This document shows, one piece after another, positions 38,775 to 47,899 of a DNA stretch of 64,000 nucleotides. Numbering within the stretch: position 1 is the first letter of the stretch; each line of letters starts with the position of its first letter. The DNA lies in contig CAWHBU010000001.1 of assembly GCA_963827685.1 (NCBI GenBank), positions 192,001-256,000 of the forward strand, read 5' to 3'. The position numbers and the translations under genes were made by a program. The DNA comes from an uncultured delta proteobacterium (GTDB lineage: Bacteria; Desulfobacterota; BSN033; UBA1163). The notes beneath the pieces were generated by a model. It worked only from the letters and a program-made list of their open reading frames with translations. It did not search any database and had not been told where the DNA came from.

Positions 38775-39820
38775 CACCCTCGCGCTCCCTTCACACACTC
38801 CTCGATCTGACTCTGAATCCATTTGAGTTTAAACCCGCCTCCTAGGCAGGGGACTTTCATCACTTTTCGGCAAATGGCGCATTCGACCCAACTCGCATAC
38901 TGACCATCACTCCCTTCAACGACAATGATGTCGCGATAAGATTGGGTCACTTCCTTCAATTCGTTCTCCAAGACAGGATAGATGCGGACAGGTCGAAATA
39001 TAGAGAAACGATCTTTTAGTGATGAAATGATCCTCGAGGTGATTCCAAAGGCGATGAGCAGGGTTTCGGAGTTCTTGCAGGGAAGATATTCAAAGAGGGG
39101 ATACTTCTCGGCAACACGATCATGACGGTCTTTCAACTCCCAGAGCCATCCTCGGTAGATCTCCGGATCATTGGTTTTCACATTTCCCATCTTATCATGA
39201 ACCGTCCCGGTGAAAAGCCTCTGGCCCCTGCCCAAAGGTTCTTTTGAGCGGGGAACGACCTCTATCGCTATGCCATCAAGATCCACTATCTCATAAAGGT
39301 GGGAAAGGAAGGCGTCCGCAAGGAGGATGACCGGTGAGAGAGATTCCTCGGCTGCATTGAAGGCCGTAGCTGTTAGACGGAAACATTCCTTTACTGAATT
39401 TGGATAGAAGGCGATAGGGTAATAGTCTCCTGCGCTTCCTGCTTTGATTTGAAGGAGATCCGATTGAGCGGGCTGAGTGGGCATCCCGGTCGATGGACCC
39501 ACCCGCATCGAATTGACGAAGACACAGGGAGCCTCCACGACATGGCCCCATCCCAAGGCCTCCTGCATCAACGAAAATCCTGGCCCTGAGGTGGCGGTAA
39601 AAGATTTAACTCCAGCTAATGAAGCAGAGATCGTGGCAATGGCCGCAGCAATTTCATCCTCGGCCTGGAGAAATCGAAATTCGGGGTTTTCATCTGAATA
39701 GAGAGCGGCCTGTTGTAGAATCTCTGAGGTCGGACTGATGGGATAGCCAGCAAAGTAGCTGGCACCGGCCCGAACCGCACCCTGAAAGATGGCTTCATTT
39801 CCAGAAACGAGGCCCTTCAT
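38774..39820 (-). CDS. 2-oxoacid:ferredoxin oxidoreductase alpha subunit
   Basis: GNEA, AGYPISP, QAEDE, TSGPGFSLMQE, RVGPSTG. Confidence 0.93.
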   Translation of the reverse strand: MKGLVSGNEAIFQGAVRAGASYFAGYPISPTSEILQQAALYSDENPEFRFLQAEDEIAAAIATISASLAGVKSFTATSGPGFSLMQEALGWGHVVEAPCVFVNSMRVGPSTGMPTQPAQSDLLQIKAGSAGDYYPIAFYPNSVKECFRLTATAFNAAEESLSPVILLADAFLSHLYEIVDLDGIAIEVVPRSKEPLGRGQRLFTGTVHDKMGNVKTNDPEIYRGWLWELKDRHDRVAEKYPLFEYLPCKNSETLLIAFGITSRIISSLKDRFSIFRPVRIYPVLENELKEVTQSYRDIIVVEGSDGQYASWVECAICRKVMKVPCLGGGFKLKWIQSQIEECVKGARG

Positions 39821-40017
39821 CCTTTTCCCTTTTCATCCATCACCTCGATGGCGATGTCAGGACAATAGCGTTCACACTGGTAACACTGGATACATCCGTC
39901 TTTCTCCATGATCTCATTCTTCTCAAGAGAGAGGACCTGAACCGGACAGACCTCTACGCAGAGGAGGCACCGTTTACAATAGATTTCATTCCAGATTACA
40001 TGGAGTCTCGGCTTCAT
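39817..40017 (-). CDS. 2x[4Fe-4S] ferredoxin (delta subunit)
   Basis: CKRCLLCVEVCP, CIQCYQCERYCP. Confidence 0.92.
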   Translation of the reverse strand: MKPRLHVIWNEIYCKRCLLCVEVCPVQVLSLEKNEIMEKDGCIQCYQCERYCPDIAIEVMDEKGKG

Positions 40018-40628
40018 GGATTCCGAACAAGCCTCCTTCCAACGTCAAAGGCCTGTTGGAGTGCCTCCGGATGTTTTAAAATATCGCCCTTGGCCTCAAC
40101 GCCCCGGAAGACAAGTTCACCTAAATATTCTGCGTTGAGGACATCAAAGAAATACTTGACCGTGAGAATGGCTCCATCGAAAACTTTCTGTCCTTTTGTC
40201 GCTCCCACGGAAATAAAGAAACCTTTTCTCTTTTTTCCTTCTTTCCCTAAGGAGGGATCTTTGAGGAGATATTTTCTTGCCCAGAGAGCCTGGGTTCGAT
40301 CAATCAGGGCCTTGGACCAGGCGGTGACACCGTAAAAAAAGATCGGCGAAGCAAGAATCACAACATCTGCCTTCAGCAGTTTGGGATAAATTTTTCCCAT
40401 ATCGTCCAAAATGATACATTTTCCCGTTTCGTCACATCCATGGCATTCTTTACAAGGGCTGATGGTAAAATCGCTGAGATAAAGACGCTCTACGCTCGCT
40501 CCCTCCTTCTCGGCTCCCTTAAGGGCCTCTTCCAAAAGAATTTCTGTATTGCCCCCTCTTCTCGGGCTGCCAAAGAGTCCCAGAACTTTCACCGAAGCCT
40601 CCAATCTCCCTCCCCTTGGACGGGCCAT
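40014..40628 (-). CDS. Iron-sulfur flavoprotein (flavodoxin family; start uncertain)
   Basis: GSPRRGGNT, CKECHGC....KC, ASPIFF. Confidence 0.9.
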   Translation of the reverse strand: MARPRGGRLEASVKVLGLFGSPRRGGNTEILLEEALKGAEKEGASVERLYLSDFTISPCKECHGCDETGKCIILDDMGKIYPKLLKADVVILASPIFFYGVTAWSKALIDRTQALWARKYLLKDPSLGKEGKKRKGFFISVGATKGQKVFDGAILTVKYFFDVLNAEYLGELVFRGVEAKGDILKHPEALQQAFDVGRRLVRNP

Positions 40629-41797
40629 GGGATCGAACCGAGATCTCTCAGTCCATCCAATTGAGGCTGATCAATCCCTTTATGCTGGACCAGTACTTTA
40701 AAAACTTCACCCATTCCCATCTCCGGTTCGATCAGGTGCTTCAACGAAAGCCTCAATTTTAGTCCCTCCAATTCAGATCTCTCCTTCCCTAAAGCCTCCA
40801 TTTGTTCGAGGATACCAAGCCCGATGAGAAAATGATATTGTGGAACGAGGCCAGTGAACTGGAGGCCAGCTTCTTCTCCCTTTCGGATCAAGCTGGTAAA
40901 GTTGACATGGGAGGTGATGTCCTGTTCCCCCAGCCGTTCATAAGGATTTTCTGAGGTTTGATGTTGAAAATAACAGAGGAGTGTCCCCTCTCGTCGATGG
41001 GGAGCATAGAGTTCCTCAGAGAGATAACCATAGTCGATCGTCAGGACGAATCCTCGCTCCAAGCACCGGGCCACCTTTTCCATCCATTCCAAGGCCCGTA
41101 GATTCACCTCTGCCTTCTGGCCCTCTTGCAGAGTGACGTCCATGGATTGGAAATAACCAGAGATCCTTGGATCAGAAGGTTCACCCCATCGCTCTTCAAA
41201 TTGGCCGTTTTGTTGAGTGACATAGAGTTCTTTTAAATTTCCTTGATCGAGGATTACTCTGTGAACAGGAAAGGCGTCAACGAGTTCATTGGAGAGGAAA
41301 CATCCTTGAATGCGAACCTTCCCGTCACTGAACTTTTTTGGGTCCATCCAAAAAACCTTTCCTTCTCTTTCTTTTTCAGAAAGTCTTTCCCTCTGCTCTT
41401 TTGAAAAAGGAGGGGCGGTCTCGATGAGGTGATAGCGGAGATGTTGGTAGAAGGCCGGTGAGCTCTTCTTCGCCCAATCTAAGATGTCCTCGCAGAGAAA
41501 CCCACTACCTCCTCCCATCTCGACCGCATCAAAATTTTCTCCTCCCAAAATCTCTGCCATCTGGAAGAGTTGTTTAGCGATCAAATGTCCGAAAAGAGGA
41601 TTGACAGAGGGACTCGTATAGTAGTCCCCCTCTTTCCCGATCCTTGTCTCATCGGATTGGTAATATCCATATTCGGGATGGTAGAGACACCACTCCATGA
41701 ATTGAGAGAAGGGAATGGGTCCCCCTTTCTCAATTTGAGAGAGAATAAATCTCCTCAAACTCTCTCCCCGGTTTCCTTTCTCTTCTTCCATATACAA
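40589..41797 (-). CDS. MidA/NDUFAF7-family SAM-dependent methyltransferase
   Basis: FMEWCLY...GYY, GDYYTS, SNELVDAFP, IDYG, QDITSHVNF. Confidence 0.9.
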   Translation of the reverse strand: MYMEEEKGNRGESLRRFILSQIEKGGPIPFSQFMEWCLYHPEYGYYQSDETRIGKEGDYYTSPSVNPLFGHLIAKQLFQMAEILGGENFDAVEMGGGSGFLCEDILDWAKKSSPAFYQHLRYHLIETAPPFSKEQRERLSEKEREGKVFWMDPKKFSDGKVRIQGCFLSNELVDAFPVHRVILDQGNLKELYVTQQNGQFEERWGEPSDPRISGYFQSMDVTLQEGQKAEVNLRALEWMEKVARCLERGFVLTIDYGYLSEELYAPHRREGTLLCYFQHQTSENPYERLGEQDITSHVNFTSLIRKGEEAGLQFTGLVPQYHFLIGLGILEQMEALGKERSELEGLKLRLSLKHLIEPEMGMGEVFKVLVQHKGIDQPQLDGLRDLGSIPWPVQGEGDWRLR

Positions 41798-42009
41798 AGG
41801 AGTTCCCTGGTGTGGTATCCGGATTGAACCAACTCCCAGCCTTCCTTTCCTTTCTCACGAAAGAGATCTTCCAGCCATTCAATGCCTCCTGGAAAGACAT
41901 CGTGGACAAAACAGAGGCCGTCCTGATCGCATTCGATGGTAGGCTTCTCTTTCCCGGCCTGCCGCTCTGGCAGTTCGTGAATCGTAATCTGATATTCCCA
42001 TTGGGTCAT
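41755..42009 (-). CDS. DUF4177-like small protein
   Basis: WEY...GKEGWELV pattern; RBS GGAAGGA. Confidence 0.7.
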   Translation of the reverse strand: MTQWEYQITIHELPERQAGKEKPTIECDQDGLCFVHDVFPGGIEWLEDLFREKGKEGWELVQSGYHTRELLCIWKKRKETGERV

Positions 42010-42104
42010 AGATCCTTCCTCTTTCTTGATTATTCAGGGTTCTTCACCCTGCGTGAACCCTATATATAAAGGAACCTTTGAATTTCAAATGACAAAGCTC
42101 AAAG

Positions 42105-42192
42105 GAGATGCCGAAATCCTTAGATCCTGAATTAAATTCAGGACCTGGTTCGGCATGACCAACGTGTCATTCTGAACTCGTTTCAGAATCCC
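42105..42192. repeat. Nested palindromic repeat (GTCATTCTGAACTCGTTTCAGAATC type)
   Basis: ATGCCGAA...TTCGGCATGAC with inner TCCTGAATTAAATTCAGGA. Confidence 0.65.
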
Positions 42193-42282
42193 GTTTTTGA
42201 AATTTGACATTCATTTGAACTTGATTCACCTTCGGTTCATCACTTCGTGCGAGCCCTGATATTTGACATTGCTTTATTATGT

Positions 42283-42495
42283 CTACGCCTCGTAGGTCAA
42301 GACCCGGATTAAACCGGTTGTAGCACCCGTATTGTCCGTAGTCGTCGTATCGCTGATCGAGACGACCTTCTTCACTTTGTTTTCAGCGATGAAGTGATTT
42401 ACTTTTTCATCCAAGACCTCTAACTCTCTTATCGTTTGAAAGATTTTTAACTCGGTGGCAAAAGTTTTGACTTTCCAACTCTTTTTCTCTCCCAC
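42283..42495 (-). CDS. Hypothetical small protein
   Basis: RBS GAAAGGA; 70-aa ORF in operon orientation. Confidence 0.7.
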   Translation of the reverse strand: MGEKKSWKVKTFATELKIFQTIRELEVLDEKVNHFIAENKVKKVVSISDTTTTDNTGATTGLIRVLTYEA

Positions 42496-42605
42496 TTTAG
42501 AGTCCTTTCTCCTTCCTCCTGCCTACAGCAAGTAGGCAATCAATGGGGGCACACCATTTTTAAAGAGTGTAGCATCCCGGTGAATGCCGGAACGGAACTT
42601 CTTGT

Positions 42606-42953
42606 TCAATCGTCACTGTGATGTTTAAGAGGACCCTCCTCAAAGGCTTGATGAACCCAATTCAATGCGGCGATCATTTTTGGAAATCCAATGGTGGTCA
42701 GCCCAAGCAGGACGGCATGTCGAATCTCATCTTGAGTGACCCCCATGGCTATGGCTCTTCGGGTATGAGATTTGATGGCCCCCTCTGATTCCGAACCAAT
42801 AGCGATCCCCAGCTTGATCAGCCTCCGCATCTTTTCGTCAAGGGGCCCAGAGGCATGACATTTCTTGGCGAGACGATCATACTCCTTTTCAATCTCTGGG
42901 AATTCTTTCCTCAGACGCTTGTAGGAAAATGGAAGAGAATCCTTCTTTGGCAT
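42606..42953 (-). CDS. Carboxymuconolactone decarboxylase (AhpD-like) family protein
   Basis: GPLDEK..RLIKLGIA, SHTRRA...G...DEI.HA, TIGFP. Confidence 0.88.
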   Translation of the reverse strand: MPKKDSLPFSYKRLRKEFPEIEKEYDRLAKKCHASGPLDEKMRRLIKLGIAIGSESEGAIKSHTRRAIAMGVTQDEIRHAVLLGLTTIGFPKMIAALNWVHQAFEEGPLKHHSDD

Positions 42954-42970
42954 TTTTCCCTCCTTTCTCC

Positions 42971-43915
42971 TTATTCAAACGTAATGGAATATTTATTGAC
43001 CAGGTGATGAGGGAAATAAGACTCCTTTGCCTTCCTCAAACCCTCCTCCCCTAAATCCTGTTCCCGATTGACATAGGCGTATCCTGACCATTGATGTTCC
43101 AAAAAGGCCTGATGGATCGTAGGATAGAGTCCCTCGTAAGCTGGGTTCGCCTTTTCAATGTGGATGACAACTGTTTCTGGATTGAGCGGATCTCCCAAAG
43201 TAAAGGCCTCCACTTTTCCATCGATCAGGATCACTCCCCCCTTCACTCCTAACGCTTCAAAATGGGTGAAGGCCTCTTTGACGGCAAGGGATTCGTTGAA
43301 CAGACCTGGGCTCGCCTCACAATGCCGGAGATCACACCACTCCGCCTCCAATTGAAGACATTGTGGAATCCATTCAGGAGTGAGGGGGATATATTGATAG
43401 GAATATTTTTCCTGAAATTGTTTGATATGATTCCTTTTGCGATGGTATTTTCTACCCTTCAATTCAATCAAATCCTGGGTGAGATAGACATAATCGCATT
43501 GATTTCGATCCAGTTCGGCCCTCATCCCTGATGTCTTCCAATCGATCTGTTCCGCCATCGCTTCAGGCATCCGAGCGATTTTTGGGATCGTCACTTTTCC
43601 TTCAAGATACTGAAGCAGACTCTGACAACATTCTACCATATCCCCCTTTCCAATGGGAGGAAAGAAAAATGAACTCTCTCCCTTCTCAGAAAGGAGACAT
43701 AGAAGATTCTGAAAACGACTGATTTTGATCTGATAGGCCTGTCGCCAGATGAAAAGGTTGGTAAAGGTAAATTCTGAGATCTGAGGAGGAAATTGGGTGA
43801 AGGCTTGATGAAAGAGAGGCTTGTTTTCGAGGGTTAAATCTCTAAATTGAGGAAACTCTGGCACATCGCGCCATAATTCATCCATATTGGGCAAGACTCC
43901 TTCTCTCCCTTTCAT
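42971..43915 (-). CDS. DUF2156 / aminoacyl-phosphatidylglycerol-synthase-like GNAT protein
   Basis: SEFTFTNLFIW, DYVY...DL..LKGRKY..KRNH, HIEKA, NREQDLG..GLRKAK.SY.P. Confidence 0.88.
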   Translation of the reverse strand: MKGREGVLPNMDELWRDVPEFPQFRDLTLENKPLFHQAFTQFPPQISEFTFTNLFIWRQAYQIKISRFQNLLCLLSEKGESSFFFPPIGKGDMVECCQSLLQYLEGKVTIPKIARMPEAMAEQIDWKTSGMRAELDRNQCDYVYLTQDLIELKGRKYHRKRNHIKQFQEKYSYQYIPLTPEWIPQCLQLEAEWCDLRHCEASPGLFNESLAVKEAFTHFEALGVKGGVILIDGKVEAFTLGDPLNPETVVIHIEKANPAYEGLYPTIHQAFLEHQWSGYAYVNREQDLGEEGLRKAKESYFPHHLVNKYSITFE

Positions 43916-43918
43916 CTC

Positions 43919-44275
43919 TCATCGGGTCAAATGGTCGACCATCGTGCAGACTTCCTGGAGGTTAAAGGGTTTATAAATAAAACCATAAACGCCTGCATCG
44001 ATAGCCTCTTTGAGGAAGGGGTCCCCCCTTTCTGAGACGATCAGAAGGATTCTTGGCTGGTGGAACTTCTGAATCTCGAGCAGTAGCCCTTTTTCCTTAA
44101 CTCCAGGGCTATCTAAATTTAAGATGAGGATACTGAAATGAACTTCAGAAAGGTAAGGTTTGATCTGATAACCGCTATCTAATGTGGTAACCTGGTGCCC
44201 TTCTCTCTCCAAGCATTCTCTTAAATAACCTCGACTGGCTAGATCATGGTCGACAATACAAATCTTAATCGCCAT
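43919..44275 (-). CDS. Stand-alone pseudo-receiver domain
   Basis: Receiver fold (IVDHD, YKPF) but LILNL at the phospho-Asp position. Confidence 0.8.
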   Translation of the reverse strand: MAIKICIVDHDLASRGYLRECLEREGHQVTTLDSGYQIKPYLSEVHFSILILNLDSPGVKEKGLLLEIQKFHQPRILLIVSERGDPFLKEAIDAGVYGFIYKPFNLQEVCTMVDHLTR

Positions 44276-44328
44276 TGATTATCCCCTTCCAAATGGAGTT
44301 CGCTGAATTAGCCTTAGGGAAGGGAATA

Positions 44329-44472
44329 CTAACGTTTCTGCTCGAGTCGATTCTCCAAGATCACCTTATCCACGATCTCGCCACAGAAAATGCATCGCCA
44401 TCCGAAAAACTCTTCACATATTCCATAGAATTTCTCGAATACCATTGTTCCGCCGCACCGATAACACTTCAT
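44329..44472 (-). CDS. 47-aa zinc-ribbon microprotein (absent from ORF track)
   Basis: MKCYRCGGTM...GWRCIFCGEIVDKVILENR; directly downstream of a sigma54 promoter. Confidence 0.8.
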   Translation of the reverse strand: MKCYRCGGTMVFEKFYGICEEFFGWRCIFCGEIVDKVILENRLEQKR

Positions 44473-44507
44473 TATGGACCCCCATTTGTTGGTTTGCCTG
44501 ATTTATC

Positions 44508-44523
44508 AGCAATTTTTATACCA
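44508..44523 (-). promoter_or_regulatory. sigma54 (-24/-12) promoter
   Basis: TGGTATAAAAATTGCT on the minus strand, GG-N10-GC; next to the enhancer-binding protein gene. Confidence 0.8.
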
Positions 44524-44712
44524 AAAGACAGATTTACCCAGAAAATTGATAAGTTAACGATTTTAAAGAAATGGAGGATTGCGAAGAAATATTGTTTTGG
44601 GATAAAATTTGTATAATTTTAAACAACAGATTTTAGTATTCGACCGTTATTATTAAAAAATATTTATATTTTTAATGGGTTACAGATATGTTTATTTTTA
44701 AACACTTTTGTA

Positions 44713-46125
44713 TCAATTTTGTTCTTTTTCCAACCCATAACGTTTCATCTTTCCATAGAGGGTAGAACGATTAATGTTCAGTCTTTTTGCTGCCTTATGT
44801 TTATTCCAATTGGTTTCTTGTAGAGTTCTTAAGATTAGGTTCTTTTCGTAATCTTGAAGGGTTGTGAATTCTTGAGCGGGCAAAGGTCTTTGGGAAAGGA
44901 TTTGCGGGAGATCTTTTGGTAATATCTTATCCTGTTTGGCGATGATGATCGCGTGGTCAATGACATTCTCTAATTCACGGACATTTCCAGGCCAGGAGTG
45001 GGCAAGGAGTATTTCCATGACTTCAGGAGAAAAACTGATCACCTCTTTTTTCCTTTCTTGGCTGAATCTTTGTAAGAAATGAGAGGCCAAAAGGGGGATA
45101 TCATCTTTTCTCTCACGAAGAGGGGGAACGAAAATAGGAATGACATTGAGCCGATAATAAAGGTCTTCTCTGAAGGTTCCCTTCTTCATCTCTTCGGTCA
45201 GATTTTTGTTCGTCGCAGCGATCACCCTGACGTCCACCTCCAGGGTCTCCTCTCCGCCGACCCTCTCAAAACGGTGATCTTGCAAGACCCGGAGGAGCAG
45301 GATCTGCGTGGGAGGAGAAACCTCACCAATCTCATCGAGAAAGATCGTTCCTCCATTAGCCATTTCAAAACGGCCAATCTTTCGCCGGATGGCCCCGGTG
45401 AAAGACCCTTTTTCATGACCGAAGAGTTCGCTTTCCAGAAGGTTCTGAGAATAGGCCGAACAATTGGCGACAACAAAGGGTTTGTTTTTCCGGTGGCTGT
45501 TGAAATGGATCGCCCTGGCGATCAACTCCTTTCCGGTGCCGCTTTCACCCTGAATGAGGACGGTGGAATCCGTGTTTGCAATGTCCGAGATCAATTCAAA
45601 GATCTCTTGGATCCGGGTATTGTTCCCGAGGATGTTTCCGAAACTGTATCGTTTCTCCAACGCCTGGGTGAGGAGAATATTCTTATCCTTCTCCCTTTTC
45701 AGTTCGTCATGGAGATCTTTAATCCGAAGCATCACCCTCACCTTGGCAAGCAATTCTTCATTAATAAATGGCTTAGTGAGGTAGTCGTCCGCTCCCAGAT
45801 CGAGGCTGTTGATCTTATCTTGAAGACTTGATCGAACGGTGAGAATGATGACCGGGATGAATTTTAATTTTTCATTCTCCTTGATCTTGAGACAGATATC
45901 CCTTCCATCTGTATCGCCCAGCAGGATATCGAGGAGGATCAGATCGACAGGCGTTTCCGATTCTGGAACCTTTTGGCTTTCGGCCTCTAAGATTCTCATC
46001 GCCTCATCCCCGGAGAGGGCGGGGAGGACTCGATATCCCTCCAACTCCAGGAGCGCGGTGATCATCTCCACGGTATCCTTCTCATCATCGACAACCAGTA
46101 TTTTTTTTGTCTCTCTATCTTTCAT
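44713..46125 (-). CDS. sigma54-dependent response regulator (NtrC family)
   Basis: Receiver VVDD/LLD/TKPF; GESGTGKE, GSFTGA, FREDLYYRL, WPGNVRE, Fis HTH. Confidence 0.95.
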   Translation of the reverse strand: MKDRETKKILVVDDEKDTVEMITALLELEGYRVLPALSGDEAMRILEAESQKVPESETPVDLILLDILLGDTDGRDICLKIKENEKLKFIPVIILTVRSSLQDKINSLDLGADDYLTKPFINEELLAKVRVMLRIKDLHDELKREKDKNILLTQALEKRYSFGNILGNNTRIQEIFELISDIANTDSTVLIQGESGTGKELIARAIHFNSHRKNKPFVVANCSAYSQNLLESELFGHEKGSFTGAIRRKIGRFEMANGGTIFLDEIGEVSPPTQILLLRVLQDHRFERVGGEETLEVDVRVIAATNKNLTEEMKKGTFREDLYYRLNVIPIFVPPLRERKDDIPLLASHFLQRFSQERKKEVISFSPEVMEILLAHSWPGNVRELENVIDHAIIIAKQDKILPKDLPQILSQRPLPAQEFTTLQDYEKNLILRTLQETNWNKHKAAKRLNINRSTLYGKMKRYGLEKEQN

Positions 46126-46326
46126 CCCTATTCCTAATATCCCAATAGTACCGTCACGTTAACCCAAGACAATATCGCTGAAAGATTATTGAATGTCAAT
46201 TGGTATTTGGACTCTACGCGCCCCTTTTCGGAAAATTGACAAAAGATTCGTAAAATATTAAATATTGTTATTAAACTGGAGGCACGAATGGAATATCGGT
46301 TTTTCGAGGCTCATCGCGGTACGCGG

Positions 46327-46498
46327 ATGAGAACATCTTTTCGATCTCTCCACATTGGAATCTTAGGGTTGTTGTTTTTAACGTTCTTTTCTTCAGCTTG
46401 TTCCAATGATAAATCCAAGCTCGTCCCCACCGCCATACCGGTTACCGTAGACACAGCGATCCAGAAAACAGTTCCTGTGCAGCTTCGCGCCATTGGAA
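46327..46498 (+). pseudogene. 5' remnant of an MdtA-like membrane fusion protein
   Basis: Lipobox FSSAC then PVTV..AIQKTVPVQLRAIG, after which similarity stops. Confidence 0.7.
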
Positions 46499-46681
46499 TT
46501 AGTAGAGGCATGTTGGGACGGAATAAAGAGATAAGGGACAAATCTCTGTAATTTTTTTCTAACAAGACAAGCATGAATGTTCGTTGCCATTTATTGGCCT
46601 GTTCCACTGTGGATGATAAGAACCTTACAACCAGGAAAACATGAAATGTAGATATTTCAATTAAAATCGTAGAGGTGTCCT

Positions 46682-47887
46682 ATGCAAAAGGATTGCAGGG
46701 TCAGGCTGATTGTCACTGTCTTAGTTCTCGGAGGCCTCATACCGGTCGGCTGTAAACAGAAGCAGCCGCCCCCATCGGTCATTCCGGAGGTTGCCATTGT
46801 GACAGCCCAGTTACAGCAGGTCGTGCTAACCACCGAATTGCCGGGTCGCACAAGCGCCTACCTGGTAGCAGAAATTCGTCCGCAGGTGAACGGTATCATT
46901 CAAAAGAGGCTGTTTGAGGAAGGTTCTGATGTCAGGGCCGGAAAAGTACTCTATGAAATTGATCCGGCGCCGTATCAGGCGGCCTACGACAACGCCGTCG
47001 CCGCGCTTGCGAAGAGTGAAGCCAATCTCCCACCCGTCCGATTGAAAGCCGAGCGTTACAAGGAGTTGATTGCCAAAAAGGCGATCAGCCAGCAGGATTT
47101 CGATAATGCGGAAGCTGCCCTCAAGCAGGCCGAGGCCGATATCGAGTATTCGAAGGCCGCTGTTGAATCGGCCCGTATCAATTTGGCATACACGCGCATT
47201 ACGGCGCCGATCACGGGCCGTATCGGGAAATCCATTGTCACCGTGGGCGCCCTCGTGACCGCTGGAGGACCGACTCAGCAACCCACGGCTTTGACTACTA
47301 TTCAACAACTGGATCCCATTTACGTCGATGTGACCCAATCCACCAACGAACTGTTACGTTTGCGACGCCGAGTGGAGGAAGGCCGCCTCCATAATAACGG
47401 AAAAGACCGGAGTAAGGTCCGACTCATCCTGGATGATGGCACCACGTATCCCTTGGAAGGAACGCTTAAGTTCCGCGACGTCACCGTGGACTCGACAACC
47501 GGCTCGGTCACTCTGCGGGTGATCGTTCCCAATCCAAAGAGCCTCCTCCTGCCAGGCATGTTCCTGCGCGCCGTGGTGCAAGAGGGTATCAATAACGAGG
47601 GCATCCTGATTCCCCAGCAGGCTGTGTCGCGGGATCCGATGGGGAATCCCGTTACGCTCATCGTAGACAGCGAGGGGAAGGTCGCCCAGCGGACACTTAC
47701 CCTCGATCGAGCCATCGGCGACCGATGGCTCGTAACCTCAGGGCTTGCACCGGGCGAGCGCGTCATCGTCGAGGGTGTTCAAAAAGTGCGGCCCGGGACT
47801 AGCGTAAAGGTTGTCCCATTTCAGGCGGGCGGAGCAAGCAGTGCGGCGCCTAAAAAGACGGCTGAGCCGGCCCCAAAATCGAAGTAA
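46682..47887 (+). CDS. acrA: RND efflux periplasmic adaptor (AcrA/MexA-like)
   Basis: Lipobox VGC; ELPGRT.A..VAEIRPQVNGII, APITGRIG, LLPGMF. Confidence 0.9.
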   Translation: MQKDCRVRLIVTVLVLGGLIPVGCKQKQPPPSVIPEVAIVTAQLQQVVLTTELPGRTSAYLVAEIRPQVNGIIQKRLFEEGSDVRAGKVLYEIDPAPYQAAYDNAVAALAKSEANLPPVRLKAERYKELIAKKAISQQDFDNAEAALKQAEADIEYSKAAVESARINLAYTRITAPITGRIGKSIVTVGALVTAGGPTQQPTALTTIQQLDPIYVDVTQSTNELLRLRRRVEEGRLHNNGKDRSKVRLILDDGTTYPLEGTLKFRDVTVDSTTGSVTLRVIVPNPKSLLLPGMFLRAVVQEGINNEGILIPQQAVSRDPMGNPVTLIVDSEGKVAQRTLTLDRAIGDRWLVTSGLAPGERVIVEGVQKVRPGTSVKVVPFQAGGASSAAPKKTAEPAPKSK

Positions 47888-47899
47888 CGGAGGCGTGTA

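Noticed and set aside
44275-44616. 113-aa plus-strand ORF
   Set aside because: Antisense to the zinc-ribbon gene and its sigma54 promoter
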